A stretch of 11,932 nucleotides of DNA from Paramicrosporidium saccamoebae KSL3 (taxonomy: Eukaryota; Fungi; Cryptomycota), in the NCBI GenBank assembly GCA_002794465.1, contig MTSL01000176.1, positions 1 to 11,932 on the forward strand, written 5' to 3'. A program made the translations under genes and the position numbers. Below are positions 1-8,586 of this stretch, in pieces (the stretch's first letter is position 1; each line of letters starts with the position of its first letter). Under the pieces are notes generated by a model that made no database searches, was not told the DNA's origin, and saw only the letters and a program-made list of their open reading frames with translations.

Positions 1-31
1 CCCGTTATATACTAACCCACCGTTATCAGGT

Positions 32-1438
32 TTAAGAGGCATTGGTCTCATCTGTGGCGTAGACCTTTAGGACTTTGCCTACCGCAATAGTCCTCCCTTC
101 ATCTCGGAGAGTAAAGCGACCCAAAGGATCGCAATCCGACGCGGCCTCTAAGCAGATCGTACCGCCGCATTCAATCGTAGCCACGACTGACTCATTTTGT
201 CTAACAAACATGGGCTTCTTCGAAGACTTTTCTTGGGTCTTGCGATCGATTGTGTACTCAAGACTGGCAATTGTGATTTCCTCAGAACAAGTGTGGATGT
301 GCAGAACAGCTTTGAAGCCGGGAGCAATAATGTTTTTGATTTGGAGAATGACTAGTTGGGCTTGGAAGGTAGTAGCAGCTTTTATAGGGCGGATAGGATC
401 ACAGACAACAAAACCGGTTGCGACATCCTCTTCCTCAACTCCCTTTAGACGAAGACGTACATTGTCACCCGACTTTGCAGACTTTACTTCAGTCTCCTCA
501 ATATAGATCCCCAATACCTCGGCCTGATGCCTATTCGGCATTACAAGAACATTTTGTCCGCGTTTGACCTGGCCAGATTCAATCTTGCCGGTTACCATGG
601 TGCCCATTTCGCGGTACTTTCCAGACACGGGCATCAAAAGCGGGGCATCTAGACGACGCTCAATCGAAGGCATGCTATCAAGGAAACCCAGCAGGGTAGG
701 TCCAGTGTACCATGGACACATTCCCTGTGGAATGGGTTCTTTTATATTGTATCCCTTCAGTCCGGAGATGGGAATAAACTCTACTTCAGTTTTGAGATTA
801 AACCCAGTCTGTCTCAGGAAGGGCGTCAGTTTATCGATACATTCGTCCCAACGCTCTTTGGCCCAGCCCACGCTTGGTTCATCCATTTTGTTAATGACAA
901 CAATTAGCCTCTTGACGCCAAGCGTTTTGACCAACATAGCATGCTCCCGTGTCTGGCCTCCCTTCTCAAAGCCAGTTTCGAACTCACCCTTCCGGGCGGA
1001 AATCACCAAGACGGCAACATCAGACTGGGCGGCACCGCTAATCATGCTTGGAACAAAGTTTTTGTGCCCAGGCGCATCGAGAATGGTGAAGCGACGCTTG
1101 TCAGTCTCAAAGTGTGCACGGCCGCACTCGACTGTGATTCCCTTGTGACGCTCCTCCTCGCTGGTATCGAGCGCCCAGGAGAGATACCAAGATTCACGAT
1201 TCAACTCTTTAGACTCTTTTTCAAACTTTTCAAGTGTTCGTTTATCGACCATTCCGGTCAAGTACAACAGCTGGCCGCCCAGAGTAGACTTCCCTGCATC
1301 GACATGTCCAATAAAGACAACGTTAATGTTTTCCTTGTCCAGACTACTTGCCGCGCCAGCGGTGCCGAGTGAATCGTCAGAAATGGAGAGCTTTGCCAGC
1401 TCGTCAAAAGCCTGAATTTCTTTTTCGTCCATGGTCAT
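32..1438 (-). CDS. SUP35: Eukaryotic peptide chain release factor 3 (eRF3/Sup35/GSPT1), translational GTPase, about 468 aa, intronless
   Basis: Seen: G1 VVFIGHVDAGKST, YLSWALDTSEEERHKGITVE, G3 ILDAPGHKNFVPSMISGAAQSD, G4 INKMD, GGQTREH, C-terminal LGRFTLRDEGRTIAVGKV. YLSWALD and GFEKGGQTREH favour eRF3 over EF1A/HBS1 (from memory of the families). The ORF track opens at a TTG (1447); the first ATG is at 1438, with GGG immediately upstream. Confidence 0.96.
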   Translation of the reverse strand: MTMDEKEIQAFDELAKLSISDDSLGTAGAASSLDKENINVVFIGHVDAGKSTLGGQLLYLTGMVDKRTLEKFEKESKELNRESWYLSWALDTSEEERHKGITVECGRAHFETDKRRFTILDAPGHKNFVPSMISGAAQSDVAVLVISARKGEFETGFEKGGQTREHAMLVKTLGVKRLIVVINKMDEPSVGWAKERWDECIDKLTPFLRQTGFNLKTEVEFIPISGLKGYNIKEPIPQGMCPWYTGPTLLGFLDSMPSIERRLDAPLLMPVSGKYREMGTMVTGKIESGQVKRGQNVLVMPNRHQAEVLGIYIEETEVKSAKSGDNVRLRLKGVEEEDVATGFVVCDPIRPIKAATTFQAQLVILQIKNIIAPGFKAVLHIHTCSEEITIASLEYTIDRKTQEKSSKKPMFVRQNESVVATIECGGTICLEAASDCDPLGRFTLRDEGRTIAVGKVLKVYATDETNAS

Positions 1439-1672
1439 CCCTCTCAACTGGGCCAGGGTGTTAGAAATGACAAGCTTCCACTAGACATTTCAAGCCAATC
1501 CAGCATATGTAAGGTTGGAAAGTTTTGATCCGCTATACACACACTCTCACAATGATTATTTATATAACTACTTGGTTTGTCCTTACGCCACGAGATGAAT
1601 TACAATTGGACCTTTTCTTCTTGCAGGAGTATGAGTAGCTTGTTCTTGTAGGGCGGTTTACAAATCCCCAAT

Positions 1673-1903
1673 CTAGACGACTTTGTTAATCGTATTGCCT
1701 AGCATGCCGGTTAGACTAATACTCAATATTACTGATATGCTTGCGATACTGCATAATCGGATGTGGATGCGTTGTCCAGACTTGCGACTTTGAGTTGCAC
1801 GATTACCGCGCCTACACCAATGCACAATGGCCCGCATTGCCCAAACCATAACAACTACTAGCAGAATGCTGACAATGGCAGAGATTGGCCATATCAAATC
1901 CAT
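1673..1903 (-). CDS. Putative small membrane protein; exon structure unresolved, may extend from about 1600 to about 2070 by splicing
   Basis: 76-aa ORF with a hydrophobic segment (LIWPISAIVSILLVVVMVWAM) followed by a basic stretch. Candidate introns: 1699-1732 (GTAATA..CTAAC..TAG, 34 nt) and 1918-1948 (GTGTGT..CTAAT..CAG, 31 nt). No family recognised. Confidence 0.3.
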   Translation of the reverse strand: MDLIWPISAIVSILLVVVMVWAMRAIVHWCRRGNRATQSRKSGQRIHIRLCSIASISVILSISLTGMLGNTINKVV

Positions 1904-2138
1904 ATTTTCCTCAGTGGCTGTGAATTAGCTCATCGAAAGCAGACACACGGAGAAAATATGCTTGCTGATTAGGGTGCCAAAATAGGACTGATTCGCAACT
2001 GTAATTTTCCCGATATGGAAGCAGTTGGGTTGAGATGCTGGAATAGGCAAGTGCAGTTGGACCCCATCAGATGGAACAAGGAAATTGCCCAAATTACAAA
2101 GTCGACTTACGCTATTTGGTAAAGTATAGGAAGCCAAT

Positions 2139-3131
2139 ATGAGCGAAGGTTGCCCAAAGAAGCTGGCTTTGGCGAACATGGATGGAATGAGGAATGAACG
2201 TTTAATCCTTCAAAGCAGTGACGAACTTTACACAAGTACAGAAGATTTGCGCGTTTCGGGTCATTTCCCGAACGGGTCCGATGGACACACGGATATCAAC
2301 GACTCCAGCGACGCAGTCACAGAGCGACGAAGGAGTGCGAGCACGGGAGAGAGCCCAGCGAAAATGGAAAGCTGCATGTTTAACTTTCCGATTCCAACGC
2401 CCCGGATGTGGACAATCATGGTTGAGCCGATAACTCGGCAAGCAGCTGGACAGCCTAAACTACAACACTGGAGGCCAAGGACAGCACCTGTACCCGGTGC
2501 AGAAGTCGACACGGAAAAGGGAAGCAGCCCGGTCTGCTGTACCGAAGCAGAGACAGCCACAATGGCGGAATCAGGGGCAGAGGCTGAGGAAGGTTCGGCA
2601 AGGAAGAGGAATCGCATTTACTTGAACGGCGAATGCATTGATCATGGAACGCGGAACAAGCGGAGTCAGAAGCCTAAAACTGACAGGACGGGGGAAAGGG
2701 TTTTTACCTTTGTCGCCGACAAGCGGATGCCTCCTGTACCAGATACGAATCAGCCCGCCATGCCTTCTAGTCGGCTGGTGTGCATTAAAACAAAAATGGC
2801 ATCGCCAACAAGCAGTGACACTATTGCAGCGTCTCCCCGTAAGCCTTGCAGGAGGGGACGGAAGAGTGGAGCAAAACCGCTTACATTTCATCAACTGGAA
2901 TTCAACAGCGAGACATTGAAGCCATTCGATCGATCAATTTTCACCGTCAAAAACCCCAACCCATTTTCCAATGATGCAAGACCTGCCAGTAGTTTACTTG
3001 TAGAGGCAGCCGAAATATTGCTAGAGCTCCAGAGTGATGCTGATTCGAGCGTTTCCGTTCCAATTACATCAAGAGGTGTTCCATCTGTGCTGGATTCACC
3101 TTCTACAGCAACTGCCGTTTTGACTAATTAA
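2139..3131 (+). CDS. Hypothetical 330-aa S/T/P-rich, probably disordered protein with basic NLS-like clusters and a C-terminal amphipathic motif
   Basis: 993-nt stop-free frame filling the space between neighbours. Contains RKRNR, RNKRSQKPK, PRKPCRRGRK and LLVEAAEILLEL. No domain recognised; the true start could be a later Met. Confidence 0.7.
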   Translation: MSEGCPKKLALANMDGMRNERLILQSSDELYTSTEDLRVSGHFPNGSDGHTDINDSSDAVTERRRSASTGESPAKMESCMFNFPIPTPRMWTIMVEPITRQAAGQPKLQHWRPRTAPVPGAEVDTEKGSSPVCCTEAETATMAESGAEAEEGSARKRNRIYLNGECIDHGTRNKRSQKPKTDRTGERVFTFVADKRMPPVPDTNQPAMPSSRLVCIKTKMASPTSSDTIAASPRKPCRRGRKSGAKPLTFHQLEFNSETLKPFDRSIFTVKNPNPFSNDARPASSLLVEAAEILLELQSDADSSVSVPITSRGVPSVLDSPSTATAVLTN

Positions 3132-3224
3132 TCAATGTTACAAACTAAGCAAGAGCAACTCACATCAACAACATTTCGACCATAATCCGATACAGCCAAT
3201 ATACATAGCCACAATGTAGCATCT

Positions 3225-3230
3225 TTTATT
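3225..3230 (-). terminator. Putative polyadenylation signal AATAAA overlapping the TMEM209 stop codon
   Basis: Minus strand reads CAA TAA AAG; the hexamer includes the TAA stop. Confidence 0.5.
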
Positions 3231-4989
3231 GTACCGAGTTCAAGATATCGATTAGATCAAACGCCGGACTGGCGAGGTTCCCTACTCCAAGGAATCCATT
3301 GGAATGTCTATGGACGTACTCTACCATGTAGACGATTGCGTGGAACATGCTGTGAACTCCTTGCTGGATTTCATACTCCTTCTCTCCGGCAATGAACCTA
3401 AAATGAGGTGGCTGTCGTTGGATCTGTCGGATTTGAATCGCCCCGGGACGCATGCTCGGGTTGTCTTCCAATGCAACAAAGTGCCTAGCAGAGAATGGCT
3501 GCGAGTCATAGTATCTCTCTGATGGGAGGTTCTCGTCCATAAAAGTACAGAATAAATGCATCAGAATCAGCGAATCATCATTTTCCATAGAAGGAGCAGA
3601 TGTGTGCTGTTGCAAAATTGATAGAGTCCATCTGAACGCACTGGTAAGACCATCTTCGGCGAGCTCATTGATGCGACGCAAAACAGCGGAACGATGGCTT
3701 GTGAGACTAGCAAATGACAAATAACGCTCCAGACGGAGCCTCTTTTGCACCATCGGGTCTTGGGGGTTTTTCTGTCCAAGCTCCAGTAAAGTTTGTGGCT
3801 TTGCAGCTGTAGCAAAGTTTGAAGTGGTGGACAATATATAAGATCCAGAGGTGACATTTCCACTCTGCGAATTTCTCGAAAACATGGAAAACGAGGCAGG
3901 ATTCTGTGGTGCCAAGTGCTCTAGACCAGCTTCATTAAACGCCCTTGTGGTATCGTCAATGTCTTGCTTTAGAGGCTGTAGGATTTTGATAGAGAACCAC
4001 CGACGCAAGTTTTCGGCAATCTCTTCAATCTTGCATGACAACCCGAGCTCAATAAGTGCCGCATCGGCAGGTATCAACTTTCTAGAAATCGTTGCAGGGG
4101 ACTTTGATGAAGCTGACGTAGGATTTGTCTGTGCTTCTGATGACGTAATGTGAGTCGTATGCTGCTTAGAAAGGGGACTTTGATCAATCCGCGTTGATAG
4201 CGTCTGGCGCAACTGCTCAGTCCAGGAAGACAAACGTTCTGTGGCGACGCGATTGATTCGCGGCGAGCCGGTGTCAGGGAGAGGACTCGATATTACAGAT
4301 GCATAGTCTGTCGAGATCCGCGGGGGAGTGGCGTAAGGAGACTTGTGACTGCGCACCAGCGGACTTCCAGCTACTTTTTCGGATCGAGGCGTGCCATATA
4401 TTGAAGAAAATGTGGGAGAGGTCACTGGAGGGATTTTTAGTTCGCTCTTGGGTGTCCCCGTGAACGGCGAGCTGTGCCGGCTTGGCGTGGCTGTAACAAG
4501 AGAGCAAGGAGTTTGTCCAGCTGCTGAAGACAACATCCGATCCTTAATCAATGTTCTTGGCGGGCGCAAGGGCGATTCCATGTTTGGATTACCTACCGAC
4601 TGGGTTCCAGGACTGGGATCGCTTTGAAAATTTCTCGAGATGATAACCCACAGAGTTATGACCAAATTACCCAGACAGAGGAGACACATTCCGCAGGATA
4701 TATACCGCACAATGTCCTCTGTAATCAAAGGGACATTATCCATCAGTATTTTCCTATAATCAATTCAATAAAGACACAAAGCGTACTGGAACTCGGCCGA
4801 CTTTAGAATTACCGCGCTAACGACCAGTCCGCCAAAATTTAGCCTCAACGTGCTTTTCTCTTGGCCAGATAAAGCTGCCTGAGGTCTCGTTTCAGATACA
4901 TTAATCTTGTCCCTCTTTTGGAATGTTGAACGGGGCGAAGACATGATGCTTGTCCCGGCAGCCGGATGTGGATATGAGGTGTTATCCAT
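3226..4989 (-). CDS. TMEM209: TMEM209-like (CytochromB561_N family) membrane protein, 576 aa; exons 4787-4989 and 3226-4753
   Basis: Removing the 33-nt intron 4754-4786 joins track ORFs 4765-4989 and 3226-4743 in frame (..AEFQ|KILMDN..). Layout: two N-terminal hydrophobic helices, an S/T/P-rich linker, then LRRWFSIKILQPL, RINELAEDG..SAFRW, DSLILMHLFCTFMD, PPHF and MFHAIVYMVEYV, which resemble the TMEM209 C-terminal blocks as I recall them. Confidence 0.85.
4754..4786 (-). other. Spliceosomal intron, 33 nt (TMEM209)
   Basis: GTACGC..TTGAT..TAG; removal restores the frame; contains an in-frame TGA. Confidence 0.85.
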
Positions 4990-5084
4990 ACAGAAACGTC
5001 CCCCTATAGCTGGGAGATGATATATCTGCAGACCAGGGATCCCAATAAAGGGTCTTCTACTGACCTCGCACTAACAATAGCAAT

Positions 5085-5090
5085 TTTATT
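5085..5090 (-). terminator. Putative polyadenylation signal AATAAA 5 nt after the LPMO stop
   Basis: Plus strand TTTATT at 5085-5090. Confidence 0.5.
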
Positions 5091-5095
5091 TCTCC

Positions 5096-5754
5096 TCAAT
5101 TGACAGTTACAGGATAGCGATGAATCTGAGCTTCACTGGGCGGCCCATCATTAACGGGTGGTAAGTAAGTAGGGTATCCTGCCAAGTTTGCAATGTATAA
5201 GGCTTCTCCAGAAATCTTTTTGCCTGACCCGCCGATAATCTTGACATCTGCGCAGTTCATGTAAAACTCTCGATTCCCAATGGCGTTGATCCAGGTCCAA
5301 GCAAACGTGCAGTGATCACAGCTGGGCAAATTGGAGGGGAGAGTCACAGGCCAGTTATAGCTTGCTAGCGGAGATGAATTACAAAGTAGATGTACAATTA
5401 GGACACGATCCAATGATCTCTTCAATGACTACGAATGTGGCTCCGTCATAAGATAGGGAGAACTGGCACATTCCTCCGCCATGCCGTGCAGATCCATCAA
5501 ATTGTACCTCGACCACTTCTCCAGCTAGAGACGTCAATGCATCTCTACACAAAGGTACCACGAAAAGTGGCAGTAACTTGCCCGGGTGGCTTGCCATGAC
5601 ACATTGCAGTAGATGTCATGGGTGCCGAGAGGTCGTAATCAGAAGGACCTGTTGCACGGTCGCCGGGATCGCCTCTTGGATGAGGATATTTCATGCGCAT
5701 ATGTGCCATCGCAGATGGAAGCCCAACCCAAGCCAGAATGTTAACGAGTTTCAT
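5096..5754 (-). CDS. Secreted AA11-type lytic polysaccharide monooxygenase (chitin-active family), 197 aa; exons 5559-5754, 5396-5524, 5096-5364
   Basis: Three track ORFs join in frame through 34- and 31-nt introns (594 nt total). Signal-peptide-like MKLVNILAWVGLPSAMA is followed by His (HMRMKYPHPRG; codon 5701-5703). GSARHGGGMCQFSLSYD gives the second His (5481-5483); FAWTWINAIGNREFYMNCAD gives the Tyr (5261-5263). Six Cys. These are AA11 hallmark motifs. Confidence 0.88.
5365..5395 (-). other. Spliceosomal intron, 31 nt (LPMO intron 2)
   Basis: GTACAT..GTAAT..TAG; gives CPN-S-SYNWP in frame. Confidence 0.88.
5525..5558 (-). other. Spliceosomal intron, 34 nt (LPMO intron 1)
   Basis: GTACCT..TTGAC..TAG; gives TATFR-A-GEVVEV in frame. 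Confidence 0.9.
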
Positions 5755-5874
5755 CTACCCTTCTGTGCGCCATCTGTCGTTCAATGCCGCTTTTATAGAA
5801 TTGTGTGTTCATGCAAATGCATGAACTGCCGCATGAATCGCCGTATTCGGAAACGCGCCCCGGTAGAGGATTCA

Positions 5875-6362
5875 ATGGCCGAAATCGTCCACACTATCGA
5901 GTGTATTGCCGTGGTTGGCAAACAAAATAATCCTCTATGGTTGAAGAACTTTACCGAAAAACCAGAGCTGGACCTCCACTATTTTGTAAACGTAACACTT
6001 GACGCCATTGACGAAAGACGTAATTCCAAGTTGAGACTAATGATTATAAGTGAACGACTCTCAACAGGGTCTTGACCAGTATCTTGGCATGGTGTCCTTT
6101 ATGGAAAACCTGAATGTGTACTACTCTAGATTGCACTAACGCCGGTAGATATGCGCTGTGCACAGCAACTAGGATCAAATTCATTGCAGTAGTCCGATGG
6201 TCTGGACGGCCGCCCAAAGAAGCCTCTGTGAAGACGCTCCTGCAAGAAGTCTATACTTTGTACATTTCTCTTGTCAGCAATCCATTCTACACAATTGACT
6301 CTGAAGTGCGGGGTCGAGAATGCTCAAAATTTGTCAACTTTATTAATACACTCAAACTATAA
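5875..6362 (+). CDS. TRAPPC2L: TRAPP subunit TRAPPC2L/Tca17 (sedlin-like longin fold), 141 aa; exons 5875-6019, 6051-6117, 6149-6362
   Basis: Two 31-nt introns give a continuous 426-nt CDS: IECIAVVGKQNNPLWLKNF..LHYFVNVTLDAIDER|LNDSQQGLDQYLGMVSFMENLNV|YALCTATRIKFIAVV..LLQEVYTLYISLVSNPFY. CIAVVGKQNNPL, YLG and NPFY match the TRAPPC2L subfamily. Confidence 0.88.
6020..6050 (+). other. Spliceosomal intron, 31 nt (TRAPPC2L intron 1)
   Basis: GTAATT..CTAAT..AAG; restores the frame to DQYLG. Confidence 0.82.
6118..6148 (+). other. Spliceosomal intron, 31 nt (TRAPPC2L intron 2)
   Basis: GTACTA..CTAAC..TAG; gives NLN-V-YALC. Confidence 0.9.
6339..6344 (-). terminator. Putative ABCG-A polyadenylation signal lying inside the TRAPPC2L CDS
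   Basis: Plus strand TTTATT at 6339-6344, 25 nt past the ABCG-A stop. Confidence 0.4.
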
Positions 6363-6369
6363 TACACAC

Positions 6370-8514
6370 TTAGGCCGATCGATACCTTCTTCTGGTGATT
6401 AACAGCAAAACAACGTAGGCAGCAATCGTCAGAACGACCCAAAGGGTAATGTTGAGAATAAGGTTGACACCCATGGGAAGGACGTCAACGAGCCCCAAAT
6501 TCTCCAGTCCAAATTGGCCATTACAAGGAACATTGCCCGCCGGATCGCAATTTGGAAAGTCTCTAGAAAACTCTACTTGCAGCATGCCAACAGTTGCATA
6601 GTACACAGGGGACAAATATTTGATCCAATTGAGGAAATCGGGCAAAGTTTGGCTGTTGACAAAGATTCCAGACAGGAGCAGCAGAGGAAGGAGGATGATT
6701 GGTGTCACGGCGAGGATTACCTCTAGCTGATCAAAGATACTGGCAATCAGGACGCCCAAGGAGATACCCGCAATACTGGACACGGCCACAAAAGTGGCCA
6801 TCATCAAATAGCTTGAGAATGGCGGATTCAAGCCGACCATGTAGTACGCTATGAGAACCATTAGATAAGGAAAGAGGAAGCTATAGGGCAGCTCCACCAA
6901 AAATTTGCTGAGAAAGTAGGGCGTAGTGGTGTAGTAGCCTGCCTTGTATTCTCTAAAAAAGACCTGTTTCTCGACATAGAACACGGTCAACACACTAAAG
7001 ACGCTGCTGAAGAATGAATTGAGGGCGAGGAAGAAGATTGCGCCGCTCTTGTTTCTAATCTGAACATACACATTGTACTGGTTGGAATCGAGATAGACCA
7101 ACCCCACGAGGACACCAAGGAACACTGCCTTGAATGCCTGGACAGAAATTAAAAGGGGATCGCGCAACGCATTCTTGCTCGCCCGCCTCAACAGGTAGGT
7201 AAATTGCGTCCAACTAGAGGCGCGAGTTCTCAATGTTCCCACCGCAACTCCGTCCTTGTTACCGTTTTCAATTGCCCCCATCATGCCGGCCCTTTCCTCT
7301 GAAGCCTCCCAAGCTGCCCTCAATTCTCGGATCCTCATGTTTCCGATCGATTTTCCCTTGCTGGCCTCGCTTGCATTTTCCCTTGCCTCGGTGAGGGCAC
7401 GTTCACGCTCCTCCATCCGGTTAGCCAAGCTAGGATTCAATTCTCTGCGCACTTCATTGAGTCCCTCGACCTCGAATTCACGCAAAACCTCCATAAAGTA
7501 GAAATCGGCAGGATTGCTGTAGCGAGGACAAGGATAGCCAAGTCGCGAAAAATAGTCCATGGACTTTTTGGCTTCGCCGTAATATATAATGTTTCCTCCG
7601 GATAGAAGCAAGAGATCGTCAAAGAGATGGAAAATGTCAGAATTTGGCTGATGAATTGTGGCAATGACGGTCCTTCCACGCTTTGTTAAGCGGGATAGTG
7701 ACTTCATTACAGTGTAAGCTGTGAACGTATCAAGTCCCGATGTTGGCTCGTCCAAGAACAACATTGGAGGATTGGCAATCAATTCCATTGCTGTGCACGT
7801 GCGCTTACGCTCGCCGCCCGAGACCCCTTTCTTTGTAGACGATCCAATCCTTGTGTTTCGGCATTTCTGCAAGTTTAGCAAAGCGATGAGATCCTCGACT
7901 CGCTTTTCCCGCTCTTCCCTACTCACGCTCTTTGGGAGGCGCAGCAAAGCTGATTGTTCGATGGCTTCCTTGACCGTCATTGTTGCCAATAGCACGTCAT
8001 CCTGAAAGACAAAACCTGAGATTTCCTTAATTTTTTTGCCCGTGTAATCTTCGCCATTTACAAGGACCTGTCCGGTAATTTGTCCACCCAACAAGTTACC
8101 CGCAATTGCGTCAAGGAGAGATGTCTTGCCAGCGCCTGATGGTCCCATGATTGCGGTCAAGCGACCCGCCCTGAATATTCCGTCAAGGTTATTGAGAATG
8201 ACCTTTTTTGCCGGTCCGTCTCCCGATTTCTTGGCTTTCTTTCGCCTCTTAGTCTCCTTCTTATCCACCACCGAGAATGTGAGATTTCTAAACACCAGTT
8301 CTAACGACTGCACCTTTTCAGAGAGCTTTGATGGTCGTCCATTGTTCGAGGCTTTATTGGAGCCTCTAATTCGGATTTGAGAGTGGTTCCCTCCTCTTTG
8401 GCTTGCACGTGCTGGTTGGATGGGGTCGACGGAACTCCTTAGTATTTCCTCCCTCACCTCAGAAGTCCGCAATGCCTGAGGCTCGGAATAGATTCCAAAG
8501 CCTGTGTAGTCCAT
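6370..8514 (-). CDS. Half-size ABCG (White/ABCG2-like) transporter A, NBD-TMD order, 714 aa, intronless
   Basis: Walker A GPSGAGKTS, Q-loop FVFQDD, signature VSGGERKR, Walker B MLFLDEPTSGLD, H-loop TIHQP, CPRYSNPAD, then about six TM helices with VFFREY. Confidence 0.96.
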   Translation of the reverse strand: MDYTGFGIYSEPQALRTSEVREEILRSSVDPIQPARASQRGGNHSQIRIRGSNKASNNGRPSKLSEKVQSLELVFRNLTFSVVDKKETKRRKKAKKSGDGPAKKVILNNLDGIFRAGRLTAIMGPSGAGKTSLLDAIAGNLLGGQITGQVLVNGEDYTGKKIKEISGFVFQDDVLLATMTVKEAIEQSALLRLPKSVSREEREKRVEDLIALLNLQKCRNTRIGSSTKKGVSGGERKRTCTAMELIANPPMLFLDEPTSGLDTFTAYTVMKSLSRLTKRGRTVIATIHQPNSDIFHLFDDLLLLSGGNIIYYGEAKKSMDYFSRLGYPCPRYSNPADFYFMEVLREFEVEGLNEVRRELNPSLANRMEERERALTEARENASEASKGKSIGNMRIRELRAAWEASEERAGMMGAIENGNKDGVAVGTLRTRASSWTQFTYLLRRASKNALRDPLLISVQAFKAVFLGVLVGLVYLDSNQYNVYVQIRNKSGAIFFLALNSFFSSVFSVLTVFYVEKQVFFREYKAGYYTTTPYFLSKFLVELPYSFLFPYLMVLIAYYMVGLNPPFSSYLMMATFVAVSSIAGISLGVLIASIFDQLEVILAVTPIILLPLLLLSGIFVNSQTLPDFLNWIKYLSPVYYATVGMLQVEFSRDFPNCDPAGNVPCNGQFGLENLGLVDVLPMGVNLILNITLWVVLTIAAYVVLLLITRRRYRSA

Positions 8515-8586
8515 GACCCAACGGAAAGTGTGCCAAACAGTAAATTGCTCTTTACAAGACTTTTATGTAAACATATCGTAACGTGG

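Noticed and set aside
75-1372. Plus-strand ORFs 75-506, 564-1148 and 941-1372
   Set aside because: Antisense shadows of the eRF3 CDS; no recognisable motifs.
1441-1490. Possible coding intron (CTAAC..CAG at 1448) linking an upstream exon to eRF3
   Set aside because: The available donors (GTGGAA 1481, GTCTAG 1486) are not GTA-type and give out-of-frame or stop-containing joins at the CAG. In-frame joins would need GAG acceptors and 41-44 nt lengths, unlike the nine supported introns.
1592-1605. Exact 14-mer GAGATGAATTACAA also present at 5371-5384 (LPMO intron 2)
   Set aside because: About one 14-mer match is not surprising by chance in a 12-kb self-comparison, and the flanks do not extend.
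1925-2179. 84-aa minus-strand ORF as an independent gene
   Set aside because: No recognisable features, it overlaps the start of the 330-aa ORF, and splicing at 1948 in this frame hits a stop after a few codons.
2202-2919. Nested or antisense ORFs within the 330-aa ORF
   Set aside because: Short, motif-free alternative frames; none explains the region better than the long ORF.
3304-4806. Small ORFs overlapping TMEM209 on both strands
   Set aside because: Shadow frames of a well-supported CDS.
5578-5874. 99-codon in-frame upstream extension of TRAPPC2L crossing the divergent promoter and antisense to LPMO exon 1
   Set aside because: Family similarity starts at about Met 5875 and gives the expected ~140 aa. 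The extension is Cys/Arg-rich, non-homologous-looking and overlaps a real gene; a slightly earlier Met (5821/5833) cannot be excluded.
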